A DNA stretch of 64,000 nt from assembly GCF_028368995.1 (NCBI RefSeq), contig NZ_JAQNDL010000003.1, forward strand, positions 512,001 to 576,000, written 5' to 3'. Positions 52,375 through 62,627 of the stretch are shown one piece after another (positions within the stretch are counted from its first letter, which is position 1; the number at the start of each line of letters is the position of its first letter). The notes below the pieces were generated by a model. That model searched no databases. It was not told where the DNA came from and saw only the letters and a program-made list of their open reading frames with translations. Source of the stretch: Nannocystis bainbridge (GTDB taxonomy: Bacteria; Myxococcota_A; Polyangia; Nannocystales; Nannocystaceae). A program made the translations under genes and the position numbers.

Positions 52375-52880
52375 AGACCGGCACCTTGCTCGCCCTCGGG
52401 GCCGTCACCCTCGGCCTGTTCGGCTACACCCTGTGCCAGCTCGGCGGCCGCCCGCCCGAGCGGCCCGCCGAGGTCGCCCGCGCCGCCGCCGCCAAGAAGA
52501 CCCGGGAGGCCGTCCAGTTCCGCGACCTCCGCGACGAGCAGGACGCCCGCGCCGCGCTCGCCGTGTCGCTGCGCAGCCGGCTCGAGCGCGCCCTCGAGGC
52601 CCCCGAGGAGCTGCCGCCGCTGCCGACCCCCAACGACCGACTCGAGGCCGAGACCGCCTTCGAGGTCGTCATGGGTCAGATCGAGGGCCTCGCCGACAAG
52701 GGCGGCCCCCACCCCAAGGGCAAGCGCAAGCGGCTCTACCGGGCCGCCAACGACGCCTTCGCCGCCCTCTCCAATCACCTCGACGGCCACGACCCGCGCG
52801 ACCGCCTCGCCCTCGAGGACGCCCACGTCCGCCTCAAGGTCATGCTGCGCGAGATCGACGCCGGCCCGCCGGGCTCCTGA
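52371..52880 (+). CDS. Membrane-anchored hypothetical protein
   Basis: ATGA coupling; N-terminal TM. Confidence 0.7.
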   Translation: MKTGTLLALGAVTLGLFGYTLCQLGGRPPERPAEVARAAAAKKTREAVQFRDLRDEQDARAALAVSLRSRLERALEAPEELPPLPTPNDRLEAETAFEVVMGQIEGLADKGGPHPKGKRKRLYRAANDAFAALSNHLDGHDPRDRLALEDAHVRLKVMLREIDAGPPGS

Positions 52881-52886
52881 CCCGAA

Positions 52887-52952
52887 GCGCATGTCCCCGG
52901 CGCCATGTTCTCCAGGACATGTTTTTAAGAACATGCCCCCGGAGACATGTTC
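52887..52952. repeat. 14-bp phased CATG array
   Basis: CATG at 52890, 52904, 52918, 52932 and 52946. Confidence 0.93.
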
Positions 52953-52973
52953 ATCCACGGTTCCGCAATTATC

Positions 52974-53006
52974 GAGACCGCCGGGCCTCGCGGCCGCGGC
53001 GGTCTC
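52974..53006 (-). terminator. 10-bp stem hairpin downstream of the micro-ORF
   Basis: GAGACCGCCG (52974-52983) pairs with CGGCGGTCTC (52997-53006). Confidence 0.5.
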
Positions 53007-53024
53007 GCGCGGGCCCTCGCCCGC

Positions 53025-53072
53025 CTAGCGGTCGAGGAACAGCCCCGCCTGGATCTTCGTCTTCTTCTTCAT
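53025..53072 (-). CDS. 15-aa micropeptide MKKKTKIQAGLFLDR
   Basis: GGAGGTG SD 8 nt upstream, TAGCGT -10-like element and a downstream hairpin. Confidence 0.5.
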   Translation of the reverse strand: MKKKTKIQAGLFLDR

Positions 53073-53178
53073 CGCCGCGGCACCTCCCGGCTTCACGCTA
53101 CCACGGCCCTCCAGCCGGCCTCGCGCCGCGGTTTCGCGCCCCGCTCACCGGCCCCGCGCGTGCTATCGTGAGCGCCTC

Positions 53179-55548
53179 GTGCAGCTCCGCGCCCGCGTCG
53201 CGCTCCTCTTCGCTGCCGTCCTCGCCTGTCACGACGACGCGGCCGAGGCCGACCCGCACGCCGTCGACTACGGCGACGCCTGCCGCGAGTCCGACTGCGC
53301 CCCCGAGATCCCGATGACCGGCCAGGTCTCGCCCGCCTTCGTCGAGCTCGACATCGCCATGCGCCAGTTCGTCAAGGCCCGCTGCGTCGGCGCCGGCGTG
53401 CTCAGCGTGTCGCTCCGCGGCCGTCGCGTCTACAAGCGCGGCTTCGGGCGCATGGCGGGCCCGGCCGCCGCCGACATGCCCGGGTGCAACGACGGCCCCA
53501 TGGCCGACGTCGATCGCTTCCAGCCCGAGGCCACGTTCGTCCAGCCCGACACCCCGCTGCGCCTCGGCAGCGTCTCCAAGTTCCTGACCGCCGCCATGGC
53601 CCGCCGGCTGATCGGCGCCCGCATCGAGCAACATGGCCTTCAGGACATGTACCCGACGCCGTCCCACGCGCGCATCGCCGACCCCGCCCTCGGTCTGCTC
53701 CCGCCCGACCTGCTCGCCGCCTTCGCCGGCGCCCGCTGCGGCCCCGTCACCGTCGACGACGTCGCCGCCGGCTGCACCCGCAGCTGCGGCGACGCCGGCC
53801 CCGACGTGCGCTGGCGCGACGTCACCGTCGGCGACCTGCTCGCCCACACCAGCGGCCTGCCCGGCAAGGCCGCCAACTGGGGCGCCCACGTCGTCCCCAA
53901 CTTCGGCGCCCTGCGCGGCTTCACCGGCGAGGCCGACTGGGCCGCCGAGGACGCCGCCCTGCGCGCTCGCTACCCCGAGTTCGCCGGCGACATCGAAGCC
54001 ACGCGGACCTGGCTGCAGCAGACCCTCCCGGCCCGCCACGTCTATTTCGTCAGCCGCTACGATCGCCGCGACACCGACCCGCAGCGCGAGTGGCTCGGCG
54101 TCTTCCTCACCCGCTGCCTCGTGCGCGACCCCGCGGGCGCCAGCGACGACGGCGCGTTCAAGGGCCCCTACTCCAACACCAACTACGCCGTCCTCGACAG
54201 CGTCGTCGCCCATCTGTCCGCCAGCGGCCGCTACGCCGCCGAGGCCGGCCACCCCGAGCAGCACGCCGACTCGGCCCTGCGCGAGTTCCTCGCCGACCTC
54301 GAGCTGGGGGGCGGCGTCGCCAGCGTCGAGGCCATCTTCCGCACCCCCGCGGCCCAGGGCTCACCTGCCCTTTCGGACATCCCCGAGCTGCGCGCCTGGG
54401 ACGGCCGCACCTACCGCCCGCTCGACTGGGAGGACAAGCGGCCCTACTGCGTGTGGCAGGGCGATCGCTGCGACTTCTCGCCCTGGCTCGCGCGCAAGTC
54501 GACCCGCCCGCGCTGGGACTTCGCCGGCCTGCCCGCGCCCCTGGGCGTCCCGCTCGCCGGCCAGGCGCTCACCGCCGGCACCGGCGCGCTGTCGGCCGAG
54601 GCGCCCGCGCTGCTGCGGATCGTCCACCGCTACGCCCTCGGCGACGACGACATCCTGCAAGGTCGTCCGCGCGAGAGCTGCGGCGAGGCCTGCAATTTCG
54701 TCATGGACAAGGCCGGCTCGCTCGGCGGCGGTCGGGCCTACGCCATCAGCCTGCCCGGCGGGACCCGGGAAGTCACCCTGCCCGGCCTCGCGCCCGACGG
54801 CCGCCTCTCCGACCTCGGCCCGCGCCTGCGCCTCGCCATCACCGAGCCCGCCGACGTCGACGTCGTCGTCATGGTCGGCCAGAGTGACGACGGCCGTGAC
54901 GCCGGCAGCGTGGTCTACAGCGACCTCGACGAGATGATCCGCTTCGGCCTCTCGCGCGTCGACTGGGCCGCCGTCGAGGCCGAGCTGGCGGCTCAGGCCA
55001 TCCGCGTGGTCGGCCTCGCGATCGACGATCGCGGCGACGCCAACTACTGGTGCGCCGACGATCGGCTCACCGTGCGCCGCGGCGACCCGGCCGGCGTGTC
55101 GAACGGCGAGCTGCTCAGCCGCGACCCTTACCGCCTGCCCGCCACCCGGATCGGCGTCGACGTCGTCGCCGTCGCCCGCGCCCTCGATCGCCCCGGCGAC
55201 CAGGTCGTCGCCTGGTATGACGACGGCCACGTCGGTCGCGGCGATCCCCACGACCTCCGCGGCGCCGCGCGGCCCGAGCCCTACCGCCCCGCCCCCGGCC
55301 GGACCTATCGCGACCTCGCCGCCGTCGTCGTCACCCCGGCCGGCGAGGCGATCGCCCTCTATCACGACGGCGCCGCCAGCTTCGGCACCCTCACCGACCT
55401 CGCCGCCCACGGTCTCGGGCGCTTCGAGGGCCGCGACCCCGTCAGCGTCGACGCGCTCGCCCTCGCCCCTGACGGCCGCCTGTTCGTCCTGCACCGCGAC
55501 GGCAGCGTCGACATCACCGACCTCGCCGCCTTCGCGCGCGACGAGTGA
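53179..55548 (+). CDS. Serine hydrolase (beta-lactamase family) lipoprotein
   Basis: VLAC lipobox; SVSK, LLAHTSGL, YSN. Confidence 0.8.
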   Translation: MQLRARVALLFAAVLACHDDAAEADPHAVDYGDACRESDCAPEIPMTGQVSPAFVELDIAMRQFVKARCVGAGVLSVSLRGRRVYKRGFGRMAGPAAADMPGCNDGPMADVDRFQPEATFVQPDTPLRLGSVSKFLTAAMARRLIGARIEQHGLQDMYPTPSHARIADPALGLLPPDLLAAFAGARCGPVTVDDVAAGCTRSCGDAGPDVRWRDVTVGDLLAHTSGLPGKAANWGAHVVPNFGALRGFTGEADWAAEDAALRARYPEFAGDIEATRTWLQQTLPARHVYFVSRYDRRDTDPQREWLGVFLTRCLVRDPAGASDDGAFKGPYSNTNYAVLDSVVAHLSASGRYAAEAGHPEQHADSALREFLADLELGGGVASVEAIFRTPAAQGSPALSDIPELRAWDGRTYRPLDWEDKRPYCVWQGDRCDFSPWLARKSTRPRWDFAGLPAPLGVPLAGQALTAGTGALSAEAPALLRIVHRYALGDDDILQGRPRESCGEACNFVMDKAGSLGGGRAYAISLPGGTREVTLPGLAPDGRLSDLGPRLRLAITEPADVDVVVMVGQSDDGRDAGSVVYSDLDEMIRFGLSRVDWAAVEAELAAQAIRVVGLAIDDRGDANYWCADDRLTVRRGDPAGVSNGELLSRDPYRLPATRIGVDVVAVARALDRPGDQVVAWYDDGHVGRGDPHDLRGAARPEPYRPAPGRTYRDLAAVVVTPAGEAIALYHDGAASFGTLTDLAAHGLGRFEGRDPVSVDALALAPDGRLFVLHRDGSVDITDLAAFARDE

Positions 55549-55931
55549 GCCGCGACCGCGATCACAGGCGACGGCTCAGTGGCGACCTCCTGTCGGCCCG
55601 CGCACGCCCGCGCGCCGCTCCGCCTCGCATCACCCGGCCCACGCCTTCGACTCCGTCCCTTACGAGCCCGCGTTCGCTGTTTCCGGCCGCGCCCGCGGCA
55701 AAATCACCGCCCTCGCAATTTTTCCTCCCGCCGCGGCGACTCCACGCCAGGACGGTGACGCTCATCATGCCCAGCCCTGCGAACAGTCCTTCGACCGCCT
55801 CACCCCATGACATGGTTGCCGTGGCGACCCTCGCACCTGGCGGCGCCGCGACCCCTCGACCTGTCCCGGGGGGCGCCCTATGCTCGGAGAGCCGGCCCGC
55901 CGCCGGGTGTTTGCATAGGGATGACGCCACC

Positions 55932-57548
55932 ATGACTCGCCGCACGCTCGCCGCCGTGTTCTCCTCCCGTCCCGAGCTGCGCCCTGCTCGCGCCCTGCTC
56001 TCCCCGACCTGGCTGGGCGCCCTCGCCGTCCTCGGCGTCAACGACCACCTGCTCAAGGGCGCCGGCATCCTGCCCGGCGGTCTCACCGGCAAGCTCAGCG
56101 ACTTCGCCGGCATGATCGTCGCCCCCGCCCTGCTCGCCGCCCTGCTCGGCGTCCGCAGCCGCCGCGGCCTGCTCCACTGTCACATCGCCGTCGGCCTGGT
56201 GTTCGCCCTCATCAACCTCTCGCCCGCCTGCGCCGACGCGTGGAGCTGGCTGATGGGCCTCGTCGGCTTCCCCTGGACCATCACCGTCGACCCGACCGAC
56301 CTGGTCGCCCTCCCGGCCCTCGCGCTCGGCTGGCGCGTCCTCGTCCCGGCCATGCGGCCCGCCGCTCGACCTGTCTCTTCGGTCAGCCTCTCTCGCTGGC
56401 CCTCGCGCCCCGAGTTCGGCGCCGCCGCGCTCGGCTCGCTGCTGTGCGTCGCCACCAGCGACACCGGCGACGACGAAGGCGGCTGGGACACCGAGGGCGA
56501 CCTGCTCTACCAGGACTTCCAGGGCGACGTGTACCTGCACAACAGTGACATCGACCGCGAGCTCGTCGTCCGCGTCCGCGACCTCCGCGAGGGCGTCGAG
56601 ATCGACTGCTTCAACGCCCAGGGCAAGCCCGGCGTGCTGTTCTCCGACGCCCTCTTCGGCGAGGGCCAGACCTGGTCGATCCCCCCCGGCGCCAACGTCC
56701 CCGTCCGCGGCGACCTCGACCGCGTCTCCCGCGACTGCTACGCCGTCCTCGTCACCAGCAACACCATCGAGCCGACCGTCCTGTTCTGGAACAGCGGTGA
56801 CATCGGGCTCGACTGGATCCCCGGCCAGCACGCCGACAGCGGCGAGTACCTCGCCGGCGCCGTCATCCTCACCGCCGACGAGGACGGCCGGGCCACGATC
56901 ACCGACTCGCGGCAGCCGATCGTCTTCCCCCAGCGCGACCCCGCCGACGACGCCTACATCCCCGGCGACGACGCCGGCCGCGTCGCGTGGAGCAAGCCTC
57001 CGATCGGCGTCCACCGGATCGCCGACCTCGCGCTCGGCAGCGACGGCTGCGCCGCCTTCGACCTCGACGCTGGCCTGCCCCGCTTCTACTTCTGCAGCCC
57101 GCTGACCGAGCTCCCGTTCGCGGCCGGCCAGTACCTCTCGGTCGTCGACCAGGGCGACCGCCTCCTGCTCGAGCGCGCCCCCGATCCCGGCGACCCGACC
57201 CCGTTCGGCGCGGTCGAGGTCGTCGCCTCGCGCGGCAACCACCTCGTGACCATCAGCGGCGCCACTCTGGCCGCCAAGCCGGAGTTCGACGTCGAGCTCG
57301 GCCCCGAGCTCACCTGCGGCACCGTCGCCCAGCCGCAGACCTTCAGCGCCTCGTTCGGCGGCCAGATCGTCCAGTTCCGCCCCGGCGAGACCGTCGAGCT
57401 CGACGACGGCGCCAGCCACCTCGTCCTCCACGGCGTCCACGCCGAGCGGCGCATCATCCTCGCCCCCGACTGCGCCGAGGGCCCCGACGCGCTCGGCGAC
57501 GACCTCGAGCTCGTCTACGTGCGGACCGCCTCGCAACAGCAGCCCTGA
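55932..57548 (+). CDS. Membrane protein with acidic extracellular domain
   Basis: NDHLLK...TGKLSDFAG...DPTDL TM module followed by an acidic beta-rich region. Confidence 0.75.
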   Translation: MTRRTLAAVFSSRPELRPARALLSPTWLGALAVLGVNDHLLKGAGILPGGLTGKLSDFAGMIVAPALLAALLGVRSRRGLLHCHIAVGLVFALINLSPACADAWSWLMGLVGFPWTITVDPTDLVALPALALGWRVLVPAMRPAARPVSSVSLSRWPSRPEFGAAALGSLLCVATSDTGDDEGGWDTEGDLLYQDFQGDVYLHNSDIDRELVVRVRDLREGVEIDCFNAQGKPGVLFSDALFGEGQTWSIPPGANVPVRGDLDRVSRDCYAVLVTSNTIEPTVLFWNSGDIGLDWIPGQHADSGEYLAGAVILTADEDGRATITDSRQPIVFPQRDPADDAYIPGDDAGRVAWSKPPIGVHRIADLALGSDGCAAFDLDAGLPRFYFCSPLTELPFAAGQYLSVVDQGDRLLLERAPDPGDPTPFGAVEVVASRGNHLVTISGATLAAKPEFDVELGPELTCGTVAQPQTFSASFGGQIVQFRPGETVELDDGASHLVLHGVHAERRIILAPDCAEGPDALGDDLELVYVRTASQQQP

Positions 57549-57592
57549 CCTTTTCTACCTGCCCTTAAGTACAGGAACAAAAAGCCATGCCA
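57541..57592. repeat. 14-bp phased array spanning a stop codon and the next start codon
   Basis: Cores at 57544 (CCTG), 57558 (CCTG), 57572 (CAGG) and 57586 (CATG, containing ATG 57587). Confidence 0.75.
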
Positions 57593-59131
57593 CGCATCGA
57601 CCTCCGCCTCGGCCTGTCTCTCCTGCTCCTCGCTCCCGCCTGCGGCGACGACGGCGGCGCCAAGGACGCCAGCGCCTCCGGCGGCGAGGACGGCGGCAGC
57701 CTCGGCGCCGGCCAGGGCGGCGCCCAGGACTTCGGCCAGTTCAAGCAGATCCTCGAGCAGGGCGGGATCCCCGGCCCCGAGACCCTCGACGACGTCGGCT
57801 TCTTCAACGAGCACAAGATCGACCTGCCCAAGCCGACCTGCACCGGCGACGTCTGTCTCCACGGCCTCTACGGCGAGATGGGCAACATGATCTCCGGCTC
57901 GAACTGCATCACCGTGCTGATCGGCCTCAACACCGCCATCGACGTCGCCAAGCTCGAGCGCCCGCCGCTCAACCTCGCCCTCGTCATCGACAGCAGCGGC
58001 TCCATGGAGGGCGAGCCGATGCAGTACGTCCGCGAGGGCCTGCTGCGCATGATCGACGCCCTCGACCCCAGCGACCGCATCACCCTCGTCGACTTCGACA
58101 GCGACGCCGAGGTCAAGGTCGAGTACATCACCGGCAGCGACCCCGCGCTGTACCAGGCCATCAACCAGCTCGAGGCCGACGGCGGCACCAACATCTACGA
58201 CGGCCTGCGCACCGGCTTCGAGCTCATGGCCGCCCACGCCGATCCTGGCCGGCAGAACCGCGTCGTCTTCCTGTCCGACGGCATGGCCACCGAGGGCATC
58301 ACCAACGACGCCAAGATCCTCGCCATGGCCCAGGGCTACAGCGAGCAGGGCTACGGCCTCACCACCATCGGCGTCGGCCGCGACTTCGACGTGTCGCTCA
58401 TGCGCACCCTGTCCGAGCAGGGCAGCGGCGCCTTTTACTTCCTCGAGGACCCCGCCGCCGTGCAGGAGGTCTTCGTCGAGGAGGTCACCGCCTTCCTCGT
58501 CCCGCTCGCCGAAGACGTCACGATCACCGCCGACATCGTCGACAACTACATCCTCCGGGCCGTACGCGGCACCAAGCTGTCGACCCTCGAGGGCAACCAC
58601 GGCACCATCGAGATCCCCAACCTCCAGCTCGCCCACCGCGAGACCGTCGACGACAACGACGACGGCCGGCGCGGCGGCGGCGGGGCGATCCTGCTCGAGC
58701 TGCTGCCGCGCAACAGCCAGCCGCGGGTCGCCGACGTCGGCGAGCTCAAGCTGCGTTACCGCGACCCGGTCAACAAGCAGTACATCGAGGAGGTCGCCGC
58801 CATCAAGACGACCGTCGACCCCGACAAGATCGACCTCGAGCAGGGCGTGTTCGACAACCCCAGCAGCGAGAAGGGGTTCGTCATGCTCAACATCTACGTC
58901 GGCTTCGACATGGCGGCCACCCGCGCCGCCCAGGGCGACCTCGCCGGCGCGCTCAACATCCTCGAGAACCTCGACGGCGCCGTCGACGGCTGGCTCGTCG
59001 ACCATCCCGACTTCGACATCGAGGATGACCTCAAGTACATCCGCATGTTCGCCGACAACCTCGTCGCCGCCGGCGCCAACGCCGATCCCGACGTGCCGAT
59101 GCCCGCGCCCGAGCCGTGGCCGCAGGACTGA
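57587..59131 (+). CDS. VWA-domain lipoprotein
   Basis: MIDAS motif DSSGSM, GGTN, LSDG. Confidence 0.9.
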   Translation: MPRIDLRLGLSLLLLAPACGDDGGAKDASASGGEDGGSLGAGQGGAQDFGQFKQILEQGGIPGPETLDDVGFFNEHKIDLPKPTCTGDVCLHGLYGEMGNMISGSNCITVLIGLNTAIDVAKLERPPLNLALVIDSSGSMEGEPMQYVREGLLRMIDALDPSDRITLVDFDSDAEVKVEYITGSDPALYQAINQLEADGGTNIYDGLRTGFELMAAHADPGRQNRVVFLSDGMATEGITNDAKILAMAQGYSEQGYGLTTIGVGRDFDVSLMRTLSEQGSGAFYFLEDPAAVQEVFVEEVTAFLVPLAEDVTITADIVDNYILRAVRGTKLSTLEGNHGTIEIPNLQLAHRETVDDNDDGRRGGGGAILLELLPRNSQPRVADVGELKLRYRDPVNKQYIEEVAAIKTTVDPDKIDLEQGVFDNPSSEKGFVMLNIYVGFDMAATRAAQGDLAGALNILENLDGAVDGWLVDHPDFDIEDDLKYIRMFADNLVAAGANADPDVPMPAPEPWPQD

Positions 59132-59275
59132 AGCGACCTGTTCTCGCGGAGATGTGCGTTCGCCGCCGCGCGGGGCGAACGCGAGTCCGCGCGGGCGCCG
59201 TCGCGCGCGCTCCCGGGCGCCTGCGCCCGCGGTGGCACCCTGCCCGCGATCCGGCGACACTCTGACCCCGCGCCC

Positions 59276-61213
59276 ATGGTCCCCGTCGATCGCCACCGCC
59301 TGACCAACCTCCCCTTCGGGCGCAAGCTGATGGCCTCGGCCGCCCTGCTCCTGGGCCTCGGCCTGTTCTTCGGCGGCTGGATCGTCAGCGTCCAGCTGAC
59401 CCGGTGGCAGACCTCGACGGTCGCGCTGTTTCAGTGGGGCGAGCGGCTCGAGATCTTGCGCCTGCGCCACGCTCAGGTGTTCTGGGCCCTGTTCCTCGGC
59501 CACTTCGTCTCGCTGGCGCTGGTCACCGGCGTGTCCGCCTTCTTGCTGCGGCAGGTCGCCCTGGCCCGCGGCGCGCGCAAGGCGTTGATCGGCGGCCTCG
59601 TCATCCTCGGCGTGCTCGACATCGCCTGCTGGCTGCTGCTGCCGATGTGGGAGGGCGCCTCGGCGCTGCTCGGCGGCGCCATCATCCTCGAGTCGATCCT
59701 GCTGCTCTACGTCGCCCTGCACCCGCTGCGCGACATGTGGATCTACCGCCGCTGGACCGGCACCGGCGGCCCGCCGGTGCGCGTCGCTATCGTGGGCGGC
59801 GGCTTCGCCGGCCTCTACGCCGCGCTGCACCTCGACCGCCGGCTCGGCTACCACAAGGACCTGCAGGTCAGCGTCATCGATCGTCGCAACTACTTCCTGT
59901 TCCCGCCGCTCCTGCCGAGCGTCGCCGCCGGCTCGATCGAGACCCGCCAGGTCACCTACCCCTTCCGTCGGATCTTCGAGGCCGCCAACGTCACGTTCAA
60001 GAAGGAGAACGTCGACACCATCGACCTCGACACCAGGACCATCCGCGCCCGCGTCGACGTCGACGACAACCCGATCACCGGCGAGCCCGAGACCATCTGG
60101 TGCGAGACCCAGTACGACATCCTCGTCCTCTGCCCCGGCTCCGACACCAACACCTTCAACACGCCGGGGGTCAAGCAGTACGCCTTCTTCATGCGCGAGC
60201 TCGGCGACGCGATCGCCGTCCGCAACCACATCATCGACAACTTCGAGCGGGCCGCGCGTGAGACCGACGTCGAGCGGCGGCGCGAGCAGCTGACCTTCGT
60301 CGTCGTCGGCGCCGGGCCGACCGGCGTCGAGCTGGCGGCCGAGACCCGCGACCTCATCGACCACATCCTCATGAGCCGCTACCCCGAGATCGATCCGGGG
60401 GAGGTCGGCGTGGTGATGATCCAGTCCGGCGACCAGATCTTGCCCGGCTGGCACAAGACGGTGGTCGGCAGCGCCGAGGGTCGGCTGCGCAAGCTGCGGG
60501 TCGACCTCCGCCTGAGCCGCCGCGTCGTCAACGTCACCCCGTTCGCCGTCACCCTCGACGACGGCACCAAGATCGCCACCCGCACCTGTGTCTGGTGCGC
60601 CGGCGTCAAGCCGTCGCCGCTGCTGGCCGCCTGCAAGCTGCCGCTGCACCGCTCCGGCCGCGTCGAGATCGGCGACGACCTGCGGGTCAAGGGCCGCGAC
60701 GACGTGTTCGTGCTCGGCGACGCCGCCTTCCTGCTCCACGAGGGTGTCCCGCTGCCGCCGCTCGGCCAGGTCGCGTTCCAGCAGGGCCAGCACGCCGCCA
60801 CCAACATCGACCTGCTGATCCGCAAGCAGCCGACGAAGCCCTTCAAGTACTTCAACTTCGGCGCCCTCGTCTCGGTCGGCGACAAGTTCGCCGCCGTCGA
60901 CCTGTTCGGCGTGCGGATCTCCGGCTTCATCGCCTGGTGGGTGTGGCGCACGCTCTACCTCGCCAAGTTGGTCGGCTTCGGCAACAAGGTCCGCGTCGTC
61001 CTCGACTGGACCCTCGACCTCATCGTCGAGCGATCGATCTCGCAGATCGCCGCCGACCGGCAGGACTTCTCGGGCAACAAGTTCGCCGACAACGTCCCGC
61101 TCGCCGCTCGCCCGCGCCCGCAGGACGGCGTGCCTGACGGATTGTCAGCGCCGCCGCCCCCGACCGTGCCAACCCAACAAGCCCCGGTGGCCCCGACCGC
61201 GCCGCCGGCCTGA
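59276..61213 (+). CDS. ndh: Type II NADH dehydrogenase family with N-terminal multi-TM extension
   Basis: GGGFAG, FPPLL, GAGPTGVE, WCAGV, VLGD; about four TM helices in the first ~150 aa. Confidence 0.85.
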   Translation: MVPVDRHRLTNLPFGRKLMASAALLLGLGLFFGGWIVSVQLTRWQTSTVALFQWGERLEILRLRHAQVFWALFLGHFVSLALVTGVSAFLLRQVALARGARKALIGGLVILGVLDIACWLLLPMWEGASALLGGAIILESILLLYVALHPLRDMWIYRRWTGTGGPPVRVAIVGGGFAGLYAALHLDRRLGYHKDLQVSVIDRRNYFLFPPLLPSVAAGSIETRQVTYPFRRIFEAANVTFKKENVDTIDLDTRTIRARVDVDDNPITGEPETIWCETQYDILVLCPGSDTNTFNTPGVKQYAFFMRELGDAIAVRNHIIDNFERAARETDVERRREQLTFVVVGAGPTGVELAAETRDLIDHILMSRYPEIDPGEVGVVMIQSGDQILPGWHKTVVGSAEGRLRKLRVDLRLSRRVVNVTPFAVTLDDGTKIATRTCVWCAGVKPSPLLAACKLPLHRSGRVEIGDDLRVKGRDDVFVLGDAAFLLHEGVPLPPLGQVAFQQGQHAATNIDLLIRKQPTKPFKYFNFGALVSVGDKFAAVDLFGVRISGFIAWWVWRTLYLAKLVGFGNKVRVVLDWTLDLIVERSISQIAADRQDFSGNKFADNVPLAARPRPQDGVPDGLSAPPPPTVPTQQAPVAPTAPPA

Positions 61214-61270
61214 ATTGGCCGCCTCCTCGCGCGAACGGCCGCTGGCATCGTCCTTGCTCAGGGACGAGGT

Positions 61271-61588
61271 ATGGTCCTCGCGCGCTCGCTCTTCGCCCTC
61301 ACGCTCCTCTCCGGCTCGCTCGCCCACGCGGCCGCCCCCGCCTCCCCGGCCCCGGCTCTGACCCGGCCCGCCGAGGCCGTCGTGGCTGCGCGGATCCCCG
61401 TCACCTACCGCGACGTCTACGCGCTCGCAGGTGTCCTGAAGGACATCTTCGCCGTCCACCCCGAGCGCGGTGACGTGCGCGCCATCCTCTCCGACAGGAA
61501 CGACTCGGTCCTCGTCGTGTTCGCCACCCCGACCGGTCACGCCGAGGTCCGCCGCGTCCTCGCCGGCCTGCTCCCCGGCCCGCCGTGA
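61271..61588 (+). CDS. Secreted stand-alone secretin-N (NolW-like) domain protein
   Basis: Signal peptide; IPVTYRDVYALAGVLKDIF...SDRNDSVLVVFATP...VRRVLAGL. Confidence 0.55.
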   Translation: MVLARSLFALTLLSGSLAHAAAPASPAPALTRPAEAVVAARIPVTYRDVYALAGVLKDIFAVHPERGDVRAILSDRNDSVLVVFATPTGHAEVRRVLAGLLPGPP

Positions 61589-61745
61589 ACCCACGCGCCG
61601 CGCGGCCGCTCGACCGGGCGCGCCTCGCGTCTGCGCGACCTCCTGCGCGCACCGCTCGCGCGACCGATCGCCGCGCGCTGCCGTTCGCCGCCCCATCGAT
61701 CTCTCACCCGCTCCGAAACCGACCCGACCCAAAGGACATGTCCCC

Positions 61746-62480
61746 ATGCGCAGCTTCCTCCGCACCCTCGCCTTCCCGATCGCTTGCGCCCTCACCGGCG
61801 CCGCCGCGGCCCTCTTCGTCGTCACCGTGAACCAGGCCCCCGCGCCCGCCTGCCCAGCGGCGCCCACGATCCATATCCGCCACGAGATGCAGGCGCTGGC
61901 CACGGCGCCCAGCCTCCACGAGCGACGAGCAGCCCGCGTCGCGCCCCCGCGCGTGGCTCCGGTCGCCTTTGTCCACCCCACCGTCGCCGCGCCCGCGCGC
62001 GTCGCCCCGGTCGCCTTTGTCCACCCGACCATCGCCGCGCCCGCGCCCTTCGACGACCCCAGGAGCCGCCTCGAGGTCCCGGCGGGCGCCGTGCGCTGCG
62101 TCGAGACCGGCCGCTGCGTCGTCGACCTCGGCTTCTACCAGACCCTCCGGCGCGACCCGTCGCTGCTGGCCCGCGAGGCGCACATCCTCCCCTCGCTGAA
62201 GGACGGCCACATGCGCGGCCTCAAGCTCTACGCGATCCGCTCCGGCAGCTTGCCGAGCCTGCTCGGGCTCAAGAACGGCGACCTCCTGACCCGCCTCAAC
62301 GGCGTCCCGCTCGACCAGGAGGGCGGCGCCAGCATCGCCGGGGCAGTGGTGGGGCTCATCCGCGACCGCGAGCAGCCGATCATCCGCATGGACATCGAGC
62401 GCAAGGGCCAGCCGATCGCCGTCTCGATCGACGTCGCCTCGCTGAAGGAGGCGCTGCAACCCGCCTCCGCGGGCCACTGA
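61746..62480 (+). CDS. GspC-like PDZ domain protein
   Basis: N-terminal TM; GLKLYAIRSGSLPSLLGLKNGDLLTRLNG; duplicated RVAPVAFVHPT(V/I)AAP linker. Confidence 0.7.
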   Translation: MRSFLRTLAFPIACALTGAAAALFVVTVNQAPAPACPAAPTIHIRHEMQALATAPSLHERRAARVAPPRVAPVAFVHPTVAAPARVAPVAFVHPTIAAPAPFDDPRSRLEVPAGAVRCVETGRCVVDLGFYQTLRRDPSLLAREAHILPSLKDGHMRGLKLYAIRSGSLPSLLGLKNGDLLTRLNGVPLDQEGGASIAGAVVGLIRDREQPIIRMDIERKGQPIAVSIDVASLKEALQPASAGH

Positions 62481-62493
62481 CCCGCGCTCGATA

Positions 62494-62559
62494 GGACATG
62501 CCCCTGAGAGCATGCTCCATGCGACATGTGCATGCGAGCATGTCCCTTGCGACATGTAT
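62494..62559. repeat. 14-bp phased CATG array
   Basis: CATG at 62497, 62511, 62525, 62539 and 62553. Confidence 0.93.
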
Positions 62560-62627
62560 CGATGTACGCCGCGAGGCGAAGGACGACCCGATCCAGGCGC
62601 GACGGATGAGCCGTCGCGCCCTCGCTT

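Noticed and set aside
47852-60793. Very long opposite-strand ORFs (e.g. most of 47420..50149, and 57515..60793)
   Set aside because: They are antisense shadows of high-GC3 genes (prlC, VWA, ndh) with no recognisable motifs.
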